Below are positions 9,701-19,808 of a stretch of DNA of 64,000 nt, piece by piece. Position numbers and translations under genes: made by a program. The DNA comes from an uncultured Candidatus Saccharibacteria bacterium (GTDB taxonomy: Bacteria; Patescibacteriota; UBA1384; DTJR01): positions 70,745-134,744 of the forward strand of contig CAZAOT010000001.1 of assembly GCA_964487045.1 (NCBI GenBank), read 5' to 3'. Numbering within the stretch: position 1 is the stretch's first letter; each line of letters begins with the position of its first letter. Below the pieces are notes generated by a model. The model was given only the letters and a program-made list of their open reading frames with translations, made no database searches and was not told the DNA's origin.

Positions 9701-12700
9701 ATAGATATGACGTGACAGATGATGCAGCTGGTTGGAGTGATGCCGATGCGGATGATGTGCCTGCTGCGCTAGGCGCTGGCTGCAATTCAACTTATGATGG
9801 CTCTAGATATATTTATATGTTTAAGGGCAACTCAAATGTTTTTTATAGGTTTGATCCTCAGGGCGACTCTAATGGGACCTGGGAATCAATGGAGCCGGTA
9901 AATTTTGGGACAAACACAGCAAATAACACAGTCGCTGACGGAGGCCAGCTTGTCCATGACGGAAGCGGAACTATATATGCAATTCAGGGAGGTCATTATC
10001 CTGGCGGATTTGCCAAATATACTATTTCAAGTGATACATGGACGCCGTTAAACTTTATTCCTGTTGGACCGTCAAGTGGTGCTTCTATGGTATGGGATTC
10101 TACAACTTCAAAAATATTATTAATTCCGGGCTATTCACGTGAATATTTATATAGTTATAACCCAGCAAATTCTTCCTGGACAAAGCTCAGTGATGCCCCG
10201 ATGACTTTTACGACAGGTACATCGGCTACAATTTCAGGCGACTACATGTATGTAATCAAGGGAAATAGCACAGGGTTCTATCGCTATAGAATTTCCAAAA
10301 ATTCATGGGAAATGCCAAGCTTTAATTTATTTGGAACGAATTTTCAGGGTGGATCGTCTTTCGCCTCTATTACGGGCGCGTTTGTTTTAAAAGGTGATGG
10401 CGATAATTTCTATTTAAACAGAGGTAATCTCGATACTAGGTTCATAAGGTATAATTCAAGAACAGGCGCCAGTAACCAAATGCCATCACTTCCAAGTGCT
10501 TCCAACCAATATTCTCTGCAAGTTTATGACGATGATCGAAATGATATATACTATTATTCAACCGCAGACAGTACCTTCTATAAATATGATATTGATACTG
10601 AATCATGGGAGAAGATTGCTACGGATCTTTTGCCGCAAGCGCCAGCAGCTGGATCTTCTTTTGTTTATGACGGCTCTACTTATATATACTATTTTAGAGG
10701 CGGAACAGTTTGGTACAGATATAATATTACTGCCGATGCAGGCTCGAGATGGTCAACAGCACTGCCTACAACCGGAATGTCAACTCTGGGTTACGGTTCA
10801 GATACAGTCATCAAAGATGGGTTTGTTTATGCTAATAGAGGATCGGTTGGAAATCCCAATGAATTTCGAAAGTTTGACCTGAGTCAATTACCTTCAGGTT
10901 CATGGTCCAATTTAACATCGATTCCTTATCCGGTCGGATACGATGGATTTTTAGAGGACGGTGGAAATGGCAAGCTCTATATACTAGCTGCCCATAACAC
11001 TAATAGATTTTACGAGTATACAATTGGTACTGACTCCTGGGCTCAGGTGGCAAATTTTCCAGGAGTTGCATATCAAGGTTCGGCTGGTGCCTCCGATAAA
11101 TTAAGTAAGATCTTTGCAATCTCTGGAAACGGAACTGGTTCGTATGCAGATGGTCTTTATAGCTATGTAATACAATCAGCAACATCTTCGTTTAAAGAAG
11201 AGGGAAATTTCATTTCTCCATCAATCGAACTCTCTGGAGCATACAAATTCGCTAATCTTACGCTAAATTACGAAGAAAAAAATAACACAACCGTCACTGT
11301 GTATACTCAAACTTCGGCAAACGGAGCAAGCTGGAGTGATTGGTCGCAGGCCACTAATATGAAGAGCTATGGCTTATCCGAGTTGGCTCACCAATATCAA
11401 ATTAATTCACCGCTTGCCAGATATATAAAAATAAAAGTTGAGTTAGTTTCTGGCGATGGGGTACTGTCACCGTCAATCAGCCAAATAGATATAAATTACT
11501 ATCAAGACAATACGAAACCAACAAACCCGCAAGCGTTATCGCAGGCAAAATCTGCTAAAGTTTCCGGTAGTGATATTACAAGCGGAATGGATAAATGGTA
11601 CAATTTCCCGTCAGCTTACTTCGCAATGCCAGAATCGGAGGCTGCAAATGGTGCATCAGATGGCGCAAACGGCTCCGGAGTAGCAGGATATTATATATAT
11701 ATGGGAACGAGTTCAGACGCTGTTCCTTCTCAAAGTCGGGGTATCGCCAATCAAGTTGGTGAAGCAAATCTTCATTATCAGACAGATCTTGATCTTGAAT
11801 TATCCGTGGATAGCTCTGCGCTTGAAACAGGTAAAACATATTATCTCTTGACGCAATCTAAGGACGCAGCTGGCAATGTGGCTGAAGCTATAAAAACATT
11901 GTTTATTTATAGATTTGATTCAACTGCTCCTTCAGCGCCGGCATCTGTTAATGCGACACAAAATGATCAAAAAACCCAATTTAACTTTACATGGCCTGCG
12001 CAGGGCGCGGAAGGAGGAGCGGCCGATGTTGATCCAAACGATTCTGACTCTCTGATTAACCCCTCTGGTTTAGCTGGTTATAAATATAAGACTGGAGCTG
12101 CATGGTCGTCATTAATCACTGAGTCAACTGTAAGTATTTCAAATAATCAAAATTTAGCAGGGGAGAATACTTTTCACTTGATAGCAATTGACAATGCAGG
12201 TAACGAATCAAGTGAAGCGACAGTTAAGTTTTATATCGCTCCGACCCAACCGCAAAATTTAAGTGCCTTGCCGGTTACATCGGCTCAAAATCCATCTGAA
12301 ACTAACAACTTTAAGTTTGTCTGGGAAGCTCCAACGTCAATGAATGGCAGTATAAAGCAGTATCGCTATTCGGTTAACGCACCGCCAACCGCTTTGAATA
12401 CCGTTAATCAGGTTATTACAGGTACGACGCTAGGCTGGGGTGCTTACGCAACCCAACAGGGCAAGAACACGCTATATATTGTTGCTGAAGGCGATTGGGG
12501 TGGAAGCAATATTAATTACGATGCCTATGCAACCCTTGATTTTTATATCGAAACGCCCGCACCAAATCCTCCCGAAAACTTATCGGTTACAGACAGCTCT
12601 AACAGATCCAGCTCTGACTATAGATTGACTGTGGTTTGGAGTGAGCCAAAGACTGGCGAGGAGCCAGAAAATTATGTGGTAAAGCGATCAACTGATAATC

Positions 12701-14109
12701 AAAGTTTTTCGGAGGTTGGTACTACTTCTTCAACCGGGTTTCTGGATTCGGACTTGGAAGGAGATAAGACTTATTATTATAAAGTTTTTTCAAAAGATTC
12801 TGCAGGTGCACTTTCTGAAGATCAAGGCTCAAACGGTACGGTATCTAAGAAACCGACCGGAAAATATTCCACTCCACCAACGATCGCAGAATCATCAATT
12901 CATTCAGTAGCAGGAGCATCAACCGTTGAAATTAACTGGGTTACTAATCGTGCATCGGACTCATTTGTTGAATATGGTACAACTGAGGCTCTTGGGCAGA
13001 CTTACGGACAAAGAGAAGAGGTTACGGAACATAAGGTTAAGATTGATGGGCTAAAGGCTGGCAACAAGTATTATTTCAAAGCCCAGAGCTTGGATCCGGG
13101 TGATTTGAGAGACTACTCACAGACAGTTGGATATTCTGAGGTTCATGAGTTTGAAACAACGGCTGCTCCTACATTATCGAGCGTATCTTTCTCGAACATT
13201 ACTACAAGTTCGGCGATTATGAGTTTTGATACTAATAAAACTTCAACTGCGAAAATACAATATGGGACATCGACAGAGTATGGAAAAGAAATTGTTGATT
13301 CGTCAGGATCTGGAACTACTAAGCACACCGTTCTCCTTGAGGATTTACAGGATGGGACAACGTATCAGCTAAAAGTGACAATTACAGATGAAGAAAATAA
13401 TATCGTTGATTCTCCGGGTCATGCTTTTACCACAAGGGCAAAGCCAAAAATTGAGGCAATGAATATTGAGCCGATCAAAGATGCGTCCGATACGTCCGTC
13501 AAAGTCACTTGCGTCGCTAATGTCGAGGTAGCGTTCTCAGTTCAATATAGTCCATCTACTGATTCGGCGAAAAAAGAAGTAGCAACTGCTGAATTTAAGA
13601 AAGTGCACGAATTCACAGTCAATGGCTTGTCTGACCAGAGTAAATATTCTTTTCAGGCAATTGCTAGAGATCAACTTGGGAATGAGGTAAAGTCCGAAGT
13701 CAAAACATTTGATACACCAAACGACTCAAGACCACCTGCCATTACTGATATCTCGACTGAGAGTTCGAATGTGGGTCTTAATAAGCAGGACAAGGCGCAA
13801 ATTGTTGTTGCTTGGAAAACTGATGAGCCTACGACTAGCATGATTGAATATGGCGAAGGAATGTCTGGAACGGATTACAGCCAGAAGACTAAAGAAGACG
13901 CAACCATGACCAATTCCCACCTTGTAATTATTTCAGATCTTGAGCCAAGCCAAGCTTATCACATAAGGATTTCGTCTACGGATAAGGGAGGGAATAATAC
14001 TAAATCAGAGGATATTTCGGTTGTTCCTGGCGAAGTTCCAAAATCTGTCTTACAGATGCTACTTAATACTTTTAAAGATGTTTTTGGATGGATGGGAAAG
14101 TTGATATAG
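6745..14109 (+). CDS. Giant (2454 aa) membrane-anchored surface protein. N-terminal signal/anchor, Kelch-like beta-propeller blades (~50-aa repeats with YxY/FYKY/W motifs), FN3-like modules, PAP-N/FN3 domains, and a conserved C-terminal module shared with the 2-5998 protein.
   Basis: Long ORF. Hydrophobic segment FLILACLISMAVLVYVY near the N-terminus. The C-terminal 130 aa are ~60% identical to the C-terminus of the first giant protein (…SEDISVVPGEVPKSVLQMLLNTFKDVFGWMGKLI). Start uncertain: an in-frame TTG before SKFLILACLIS is possible. Confidence 0.8.
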   Translation: MGGRIYKVVYRTKTVGRRFSRAFGNLFFDAIQVVKVLFKIRRCPEKFLSKFLILACLISMAVLVYVYPSSANSKSYSITTKEDWEGGTLSNLITTDAPGDLKLASGGTLSHQAWQDPPNTVGSGAAASDGTDIYLLRGNYDINFYKYSSAKNTWSTLADAPVQVGQSSALTYDNSGHFYAFFGRNTRQFYKYTIATNSWTALGDLPDTVNIGSNMVFTNGKLYILRSNATTDFWSYTIETGAWATLKATPATFTTANGFVTDGTYIYACRGNTLWYRYNIASNIWEAMTTVLPISLAEQTDFVLRNGSIYFAAPSSATYYKCELSGLACTGNAWTTATTLPAATRYSNAVYNASDDYIYIFRGNSTYDFWKYRPGESKVAGPQIFPQNFTTGGDIVYGGGDTVYGLKGAAAANGFYSYSIASGTWTLKSVTGLPTLSNDAKTVKAGDKIYTSSAASTAFTAYDTTNDAAGWVAKAVSPGAFGAGTSFTYLGGDLIYAMRGAGTVSFYAYSISNNNWSTFDPADLPAGLAPSIGARTVTNGTEIFATMGNGSSKFYKYEAQSNTWEEKTQLPFGAYYGTDLTYYNGKIYAIDGNYRSGLYEYDISANSWRKLADLQTRTNLNNGMWSGSSIEYVGNNDLMITFGASNMVFFYDVDSNTFASSGSYESASIDLGNVSAWGSLTVAKTTPSGTSVVVETKTSADNTNWPENWTAVSGTTIGSDINRYVKIKITLNANGDRTLAPTVSSLTLNYNPDDVDPTNPQQGSFTGLSAEGGTAITSTTAYRHEHPYFSWSAGADADSYVEGYYVYFGSNQSADPQVDGVYQTATNYKVNDKIAVGNNYLLVKTKDQAGNITDSAVQGFIYNYIGATPATSTLSSDADFNAGDKTNLSVSSDSFALESKAGFWQQQKLSVFPATSAAGASIIKKGNKLYATRGSTNAFYSYDYDTDTWATLTSTNLGAMTTNGGLVDGPGNYIYAYRGSTSASFYRYDVTDDAAGWSDADADDVPAALGAGCNSTYDGSRYIYMFKGNSNVFYRFDPQGDSNGTWESMEPVNFGTNTANNTVADGGQLVHDGSGTIYAIQGGHYPGGFAKYTISSDTWTPLNFIPVGPSSGASMVWDSTTSKILLIPGYSREYLYSYNPANSSWTKLSDAPMTFTTGTSATISGDYMYVIKGNSTGFYRYRISKNSWEMPSFNLFGTNFQGGSSFASITGAFVLKGDGDNFYLNRGNLDTRFIRYNSRTGASNQMPSLPSASNQYSLQVYDDDRNDIYYYSTADSTFYKYDIDTESWEKIATDLLPQAPAAGSSFVYDGSTYIYYFRGGTVWYRYNITADAGSRWSTALPTTGMSTLGYGSDTVIKDGFVYANRGSVGNPNEFRKFDLSQLPSGSWSNLTSIPYPVGYDGFLEDGGNGKLYILAAHNTNRFYEYTIGTDSWAQVANFPGVAYQGSAGASDKLSKIFAISGNGTGSYADGLYSYVIQSATSSFKEEGNFISPSIELSGAYKFANLTLNYEEKNNTTVTVYTQTSANGASWSDWSQATNMKSYGLSELAHQYQINSPLARYIKIKVELVSGDGVLSPSISQIDINYYQDNTKPTNPQALSQAKSAKVSGSDITSGMDKWYNFPSAYFAMPESEAANGASDGANGSGVAGYYIYMGTSSDAVPSQSRGIANQVGEANLHYQTDLDLELSVDSSALETGKTYYLLTQSKDAAGNVAEAIKTLFIYRFDSTAPSAPASVNATQNDQKTQFNFTWPAQGAEGGAADVDPNDSDSLINPSGLAGYKYKTGAAWSSLITESTVSISNNQNLAGENTFHLIAIDNAGNESSEATVKFYIAPTQPQNLSALPVTSAQNPSETNNFKFVWEAPTSMNGSIKQYRYSVNAPPTALNTVNQVITGTTLGWGAYATQQGKNTLYIVAEGDWGGSNINYDAYATLDFYIETPAPNPPENLSVTDSSNRSSSDYRLTVVWSEPKTGEEPENYVVKRSTDNQSFSEVGTTSSTGFLDSDLEGDKTYYYKVFSKDSAGALSEDQGSNGTVSKKPTGKYSTPPTIAESSIHSVAGASTVEINWVTNRASDSFVEYGTTEALGQTYGQREEVTEHKVKIDGLKAGNKYYFKAQSLDPGDLRDYSQTVGYSEVHEFETTAAPTLSSVSFSNITTSSAIMSFDTNKTSTAKIQYGTSTEYGKEIVDSSGSGTTKHTVLLEDLQDGTTYQLKVTITDEENNIVDSPGHAFTTRAKPKIEAMNIEPIKDASDTSVKVTCVANVEVAFSVQYSPSTDSAKKEVATAEFKKVHEFTVNGLSDQSKYSFQAIARDQLGNEVKSEVKTFDTPNDSRPPAITDISTESSNVGLNKQDKAQIVVAWKTDEPTTSMIEYGEGMSGTDYSQKTKEDATMTNSHLVIISDLEPSQAYHIRISSTDKGGNNTKSEDISVVPGEVPKSVLQMLLNTFKDVFGWMGKLI

Positions 14110-14142
14110 GTTAGAGGTAAATTTGATATTCTGGTATAATAA

Positions 14143-14859
14143 ATGGGAAATAGGAGGGCTTTGTCTACACACGAAGCAGTTATTGAAGTAAAAGGGCTGG
14201 AAAAAACTTTTAAAGTTGGTCCGAACGAAATAAAAGCTCTTAGAGGGGTTGATTTAACGATTAAATCAACAGAATTTATTATTATATTCGGGCCTTCGGG
14301 CTGTGGTAAGACGACAATGATGAATATTATTGCCGGCATAGATACTCCTACAAAAGGTTCGGTAAAAGTTAGGGGAACTGACATATTTGCACTGAAAGAG
14401 GAAAAGAGAGGGATTTTTAGATCTGAAAAAATCGGAATTATTCACCAGATGGCTTACTGGGCTAAATCGCTAAATGTCCTACAAAACGTAGCTCTTCCTC
14501 TAATTATTGAAGGCCAAAAGGAAAAGATGGCAATAGAGCGAGCCGAGAAAGTTCTTCGAGAGCTTGGACTAGAGGAATTAGCTGGTCAACGACCAACTCA
14601 GCTTTCTGGGGGTCAGCAGCAGAAAATAGGTTTTGCCAGGGCGCTTATTACTAGCCCCTGGATTATTTTTGCAGACGAGCCCACTGGAAACCTAGACTCA
14701 AAGTCGGCTGAAGAAATTATGAAGTTATTTAAAATGTTAAATGAGAAATATAAAAGGACAATTATTCTGGTTACACACAACAAAGACTACTGGGGGCTGG
14801 GGACCAGAAGAATTGAAATGAAAGACGGTGTAATTTCTAAAGACGTGAAGCATGGATAG
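14143..14859 (+). CDS. ABC transporter ATP-binding protein (MacB/LolD/FtsE-like)
   Basis: Walker A GPSGCGKTT, ABC signature LSGGQQQKIGFARAL, Walker B IIFADEPTGNLD. Extended -10 TGgTATAAT (14124-14132) lies 10 nt before the ATG, so the transcript is possibly leaderless. Confidence 0.9.
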   Translation: MGNRRALSTHEAVIEVKGLEKTFKVGPNEIKALRGVDLTIKSTEFIIIFGPSGCGKTTMMNIIAGIDTPTKGSVKVRGTDIFALKEEKRGIFRSEKIGIIHQMAYWAKSLNVLQNVALPLIIEGQKEKMAIERAEKVLRELGLEELAGQRPTQLSGGQQQKIGFARALITSPWIIFADEPTGNLDSKSAEEIMKLFKMLNEKYKRTIILVTHNKDYWGLGTRRIEMKDGVISKDVKHG

Positions 14860-16054
14860 AAAATTTTTAGTTAAATTTGCATTTAAGAATCTGATGATGC
14901 ATAAGTCAAGAACAGTTTTGACTGTGCTTGGTGTGACGGTGGGTATATCAGCGATAGTCTTTTTAGTCGCATTTGCCTTCGGAATCGAAAGGCTGGTTAC
15001 AAGTGAAGTTACTAAGGGAAATGCATATAAGTTGATCGATGTTGGTACTGGAAGCGTGCAAGCGCTTAGAATTAACGAAGAAACTATCAACCAGCTCAAA
15101 CAAATATCTGGAGTCAAGTCGATTGAGCCTACCCTTAATATTGGGGCGAAAGCCAAGGATAAAGATCGTACAACAGATGTCACTTTTTCAGGTACAAGCG
15201 ATAAATATCTCGAATGGAGTGGCCTTGCTACACGTTGGGGAACGGGCTTAGAAAAGACTAAAACCGGTAAGCCGATTTTAGTTAATAGTGCTTTCTTAAA
15301 ATTTATGCCTTCATACAATAATCAGACTATCTTGGGGCAAGAAGTTAGCTTTGATTTAGTGATTCCTAAGGAGCTGACTTCAGAGGATGCCAAGAAAGCC
15401 ACCGACGCAAAATTTACAATTGTTGGTGTTGTACCTGATGGTGCGATTGCGACTGTCTATGCCAGGTACGGCGATGTCTTGGAGCTCGGGGCTAAGAATT
15501 TTTCGCAGATAAAAGTTGAATCTCAAACTGACGATAAGGTTAAAATCGACACAATTAGAAAGCAAATTGAAAACCTTGGTTACAAAACTCAGTACGTAGG
15601 GGATACTGTCGCGCAGATTGAACAAATCTTTCAAATTTTCAAAATTATTTTGGGAAGTTTCGGCCTGATCGCTCTGATTGTCGCTGCACTTGGTATGTTT
15701 AATACTTTGACTATTTCACTTTTGGAAAGAACCAAAGAAGTGGCTCTTCTAAAAATTCTTGGAATGCGCCGAAAAGACATTTCCTCAATATTCTTAACCG
15801 AAGCAATTTCAATTGGCGTCTTTGGCGGCGTGGTCGGTGTATTTACTGGATATTTAATCGGTCTCGGAGCTAACTCCTTGTTTAATTATTTTGCTACTCG
15901 TGCCGGAGGGGAATCAGTAGACGTATTTATGTTCCCAATTTGGTTTATGCTCGCGATTTGGGCTTTTGCGATTTTACTTGGCATAATAACCGGTATCTAT
16001 CCAGCTCGAAGAGCCTCCAAAGTCGATGCTCTTGATGTTCTAAGGTACGAGTAA
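14852..16054 (+). CDS. ABC transporter permease, FtsX/MacB-type (N-terminal TM, large extracytoplasmic domain, C-terminal 3-TM FtsX domain)
   Basis: Starts AFKNLMMHKSRTVLTVLGV as in MacB/LolE. Overlaps the ATPase gene by 8 nt. Hydrophobic C-terminal third. Confidence 0.85.
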   Translation: MDRKFLVKFAFKNLMMHKSRTVLTVLGVTVGISAIVFLVAFAFGIERLVTSEVTKGNAYKLIDVGTGSVQALRINEETINQLKQISGVKSIEPTLNIGAKAKDKDRTTDVTFSGTSDKYLEWSGLATRWGTGLEKTKTGKPILVNSAFLKFMPSYNNQTILGQEVSFDLVIPKELTSEDAKKATDAKFTIVGVVPDGAIATVYARYGDVLELGAKNFSQIKVESQTDDKVKIDTIRKQIENLGYKTQYVGDTVAQIEQIFQIFKIILGSFGLIALIVAALGMFNTLTISLLERTKEVALLKILGMRRKDISSIFLTEAISIGVFGGVVGVFTGYLIGLGANSLFNYFATRAGGESVDVFMFPIWFMLAIWAFAILLGIITGIYPARRASKVDALDVLRYE

Positions 16055-16070
16055 TTTTTATAAAAAAGAA

Positions 16071-16098
16071 GGCGAACGTCCCCGGAGGGTCGTTCGCC
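16071..16098. terminator. GC-rich hairpin ggcgaacg…cgttcgcc between convergent genes (bidirectional terminator candidate); a second hairpin aaggctg-cgtgt-cagcctt follows at 16113-16131.
   Basis: Stem read directly (8 bp plus an inner extension with one mismatch). No downstream T-run on the + strand; A-run upstream (T-run for the minus strand). Confidence 0.5.
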
Positions 16099-16123
16099 TT
16101 AGAAGCGCCCTGAAGGCTGCGTG

Positions 16124-16933
16124 TCAGCCTTTCTTGCCGTACTTGATGTAGTTCGGGCAGAGATGCTGCGGCAGAGTGCCTTCGCGGACCTCTGACTTGT
16201 AACCGTCGCGGAGGCTGCCGTGGTAGCCGTAGTTGCGAAGCAGTAGCAGCCTCGCCTCTGGATCGGCGAGGAGAGTTGCCATCGGGATGGCGTGCTGCCT
16301 GGTGCAGCCCAGGCAGTAAATCGGTACGTCGCCCTCGCCGAAGCAGCCAGTGATCCATGAATCGGTCTGGTCCCAGTACAGGGGTTCGTACCTGTCGCTA
16401 CTCGTCAGATACCGGGTCGCCAGCTTGTAAGGTAGGGCGAATTTCGCGAAGCGCTCAGGCAGAAATGAGAGATCCTGAAAGATGATCGTTTCGTTCATCG
16501 CCGCGATGCCGTTGCCGGCTGCGACGCTGAACTGTCTGAGGCTCGTGAGCACGGTCGTCTCGTTGTCTTGTAGCTCGGCTGAGAGCACAATCGCGCGGCT
16601 CGGCACCGAAAAGTAGGCGCCATCATCGAGAAAGCCCTGACCGATGAAGTATGGTCTCATCGGCCTGCCAGAGAGTCCCATGCAGATCTGAACTGAGTTC
16701 GATGTTAGGTCCTCTCTGAAATGAATGATTGGTGTCGGATCAAGATCAAGAATCTCTTGTGGCACTTCGACTCTTGTCCGGTCATGCCAACCAAAGTCGG
16801 GGATCGGCTCGAAGATCAGCGAGCCCTTAGACGTCTGGTAGCAGATTGTCCCGCGATGCCGATCGCAGACTCCGCGATTCCTGTCCGTCTTGCGAACGTG
16901 CAACTTCATGCTTACTTCCGAGACTTTGTTCAT
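16124..16933 (-). CDS. Hypothetical protein (269 aa) encoded in a GC-rich island; several Cys/His pairs (CDRHRGTIC, GCFGEGDVPIYCLGC). Orphan, probably horizontally acquired.
   Basis: ORF fills the GC-rich island and has a GC3-rich codon pattern unlike its neighbours. SD GGGAGAAG 3 nt before the ATG. Minus-strand promoter TTGATT-17-TAATAT at 17032-17060. Confidence 0.5.
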   Translation of the reverse strand: MNKVSEVSMKLHVRKTDRNRGVCDRHRGTICYQTSKGSLIFEPIPDFGWHDRTRVEVPQEILDLDPTPIIHFREDLTSNSVQICMGLSGRPMRPYFIGQGFLDDGAYFSVPSRAIVLSAELQDNETTVLTSLRQFSVAAGNGIAAMNETIIFQDLSFLPERFAKFALPYKLATRYLTSSDRYEPLYWDQTDSWITGCFGEGDVPIYCLGCTRQHAIPMATLLADPEARLLLLRNYGYHGSLRDGYKSEVREGTLPQHLCPNYIKYGKKG

Positions 16934-17031
16934 ACTTCTCCCTATCCCTTGCGGGAGAGCGGTTTTCGCCGGAGTCGCTCACTCCATATTAAGGTGCGTC
17001 GTGTCCTTGTCTCAAGACAGGGAAACGCTAA

Positions 17032-17060
17032 ATATTATCAAATTATGGATCGAAAATCAA
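17032..17060 (-). promoter_or_regulatory. Sigma70-like promoter (TTGATT-17-TAATAT) for the GC-rich orphan gene 16124-16933
   Basis: Hexamers and spacing read on the minus strand. Confidence 0.4.
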
Positions 17061-17127
17061 GTATCTTAACTGGTAAAAGTAAAGAGAACTTGACAGTCAG
17101 ACGCCAGCTATGATATTTTTGATTCTT

Positions 17128-17170
17128 GGCAGTGTCTCGCCTCGATTTCCCCCTTCGGGCAGACACTGCC
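17128..17170. repeat. Perfect 10-bp inverted repeat ggcagtgtct-N23-agacactgcc in the groES leader
   Basis: Read directly. Lies between a candidate TTGACA (17089) promoter and groES ATG 17308. Does not match the CIRCE consensus. Confidence 0.6.
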
Positions 17171-17307
17171 TATAAACTAAGCAAGTCCCATATATCTCAA
17201 TCTCTTGCAATATTCCTAATCTAGGAAATCTGCAAATAGATATCGATACTACGGGACTTCCGGAATTGCTTCCTGCCTTGGAGCGCAATTCACGGAGCGG
17301 AGGACAT

Positions 17308-19255
<1,948 letters not shown>

Positions 19256-19308
19256 CCTCCTGCGGAGGAATTTCTAAGTTCTAATTCCTAATTTCAAAGT
19301 AAGGAATC

Positions 19309-19336
19309 AAAAAAGCGCCGCAGGGCGCTTTTTTGA
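19309..19336. terminator. Rho-independent terminator downstream of groEL: aaaaaagcgcc-gcag-ggcgctttttt (bidirectional)
   Basis: 6-bp GC stem flanked by an A-run and a T-run. Confidence 0.75.
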
Positions 19337-19350
19337 TAATTAAAGCAAAG

Positions 19351-19385
19351 GGCGCGGATGAGGAGGGAACGTCCTCATCCGCGCC
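19351..19385. repeat. Perfect 14-bp stem hairpin ggcgcggatgagga-gggaacg-tcctcatccgcgcc
   Basis: Read directly; part of a three-hairpin GC-rich cluster after groEL. Confidence 0.6.
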
Positions 19386-19400
19386 AGGAGAGCGAGCAGC

Positions 19401-19420
19401 CCTGCCTGCCGGCAGGCAGG
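19401..19420. repeat. Perfect 20-bp palindrome cctgcctgccggcaggcagg
   Basis: Read directly. Confidence 0.6.
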
Positions 19421-19488
19421 TCGATCAGGAAAAAGGCCCGCTCGAGTAATTCTTCGGTTATTATATTGCTAATTAACTTGTAAGTCAA

Positions 19489-19719
19489 CTATTTGGGTAC
19501 TTTTTGGAAGAGCTCAAAAATTGATAGTCCGATCTGTTTGACCGATGGCCAGGCAGCCGGCAAAAGGAGGATAAATAAAATTATCCAGATGAGGTTTTTT
19601 TTGAAAAAATTTATTAGCGCGAAAACGAGAAATAAGATTATTAAAATGGCTAGCGGTAGGCGATAAACAGCAGGAATTAGTTCTAAAAGTGAATTGTAAT
19701 AGTTAACGATTGTTGTCAT
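19489..19719 (-). CDS. Small hypothetical membrane protein (76 aa, 2 predicted TM)
   Basis: ORF with two hydrophobic helices (LPLAILIILFLVFALINFF / LIWIILFILLLPAAW). No recognisable family. Confidence 0.4.
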   Translation of the reverse strand: MTTIVNYYNSLLELIPAVYRLPLAILIILFLVFALINFFKKNLIWIILFILLLPAAWPSVKQIGLSIFELFQKVPK

Positions 19720-19808
19720 ATGATAATTCTAGCAAAAACTGGGAGCTTAAACCAGAAACCATAAATCCTAAATCCGAACAAAAATCAAATAACAAATCCT
19801 AAATTTAT

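Noticed and set aside
6931-13920. Numerous 60-165-aa ORFs on both strands inside the giant gene 6745-14109 (e.g. 6931-7275 -, 7031-7525 +, 10496-10882 +, 13726-13920 -), and similar ones inside 218-5998
   Set aside because: All are embedded in, or antisense to, a very long repeat-containing ORF with strong protein-like repeat structure. They have no SD or start context and encode low-complexity peptides. Treated as spurious.
14852-16054. FtsX-type permease as the cell-division FtsEX system
   Set aside because: It cannot be distinguished from MacB/LolCDE-type exporters from sequence alone. Position downstream of a giant surface protein and the TetR regulator is compatible with either, so it is called generically.
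17089-17307. CIRCE (HrcA operator) upstream of groES
   Set aside because: Looked for TTAGCACTC-N9-GAGTGCTAA and did not find it. The inverted repeat present (ggcagtgtct…agacactgcc) has different sequence and 23-nt spacing.
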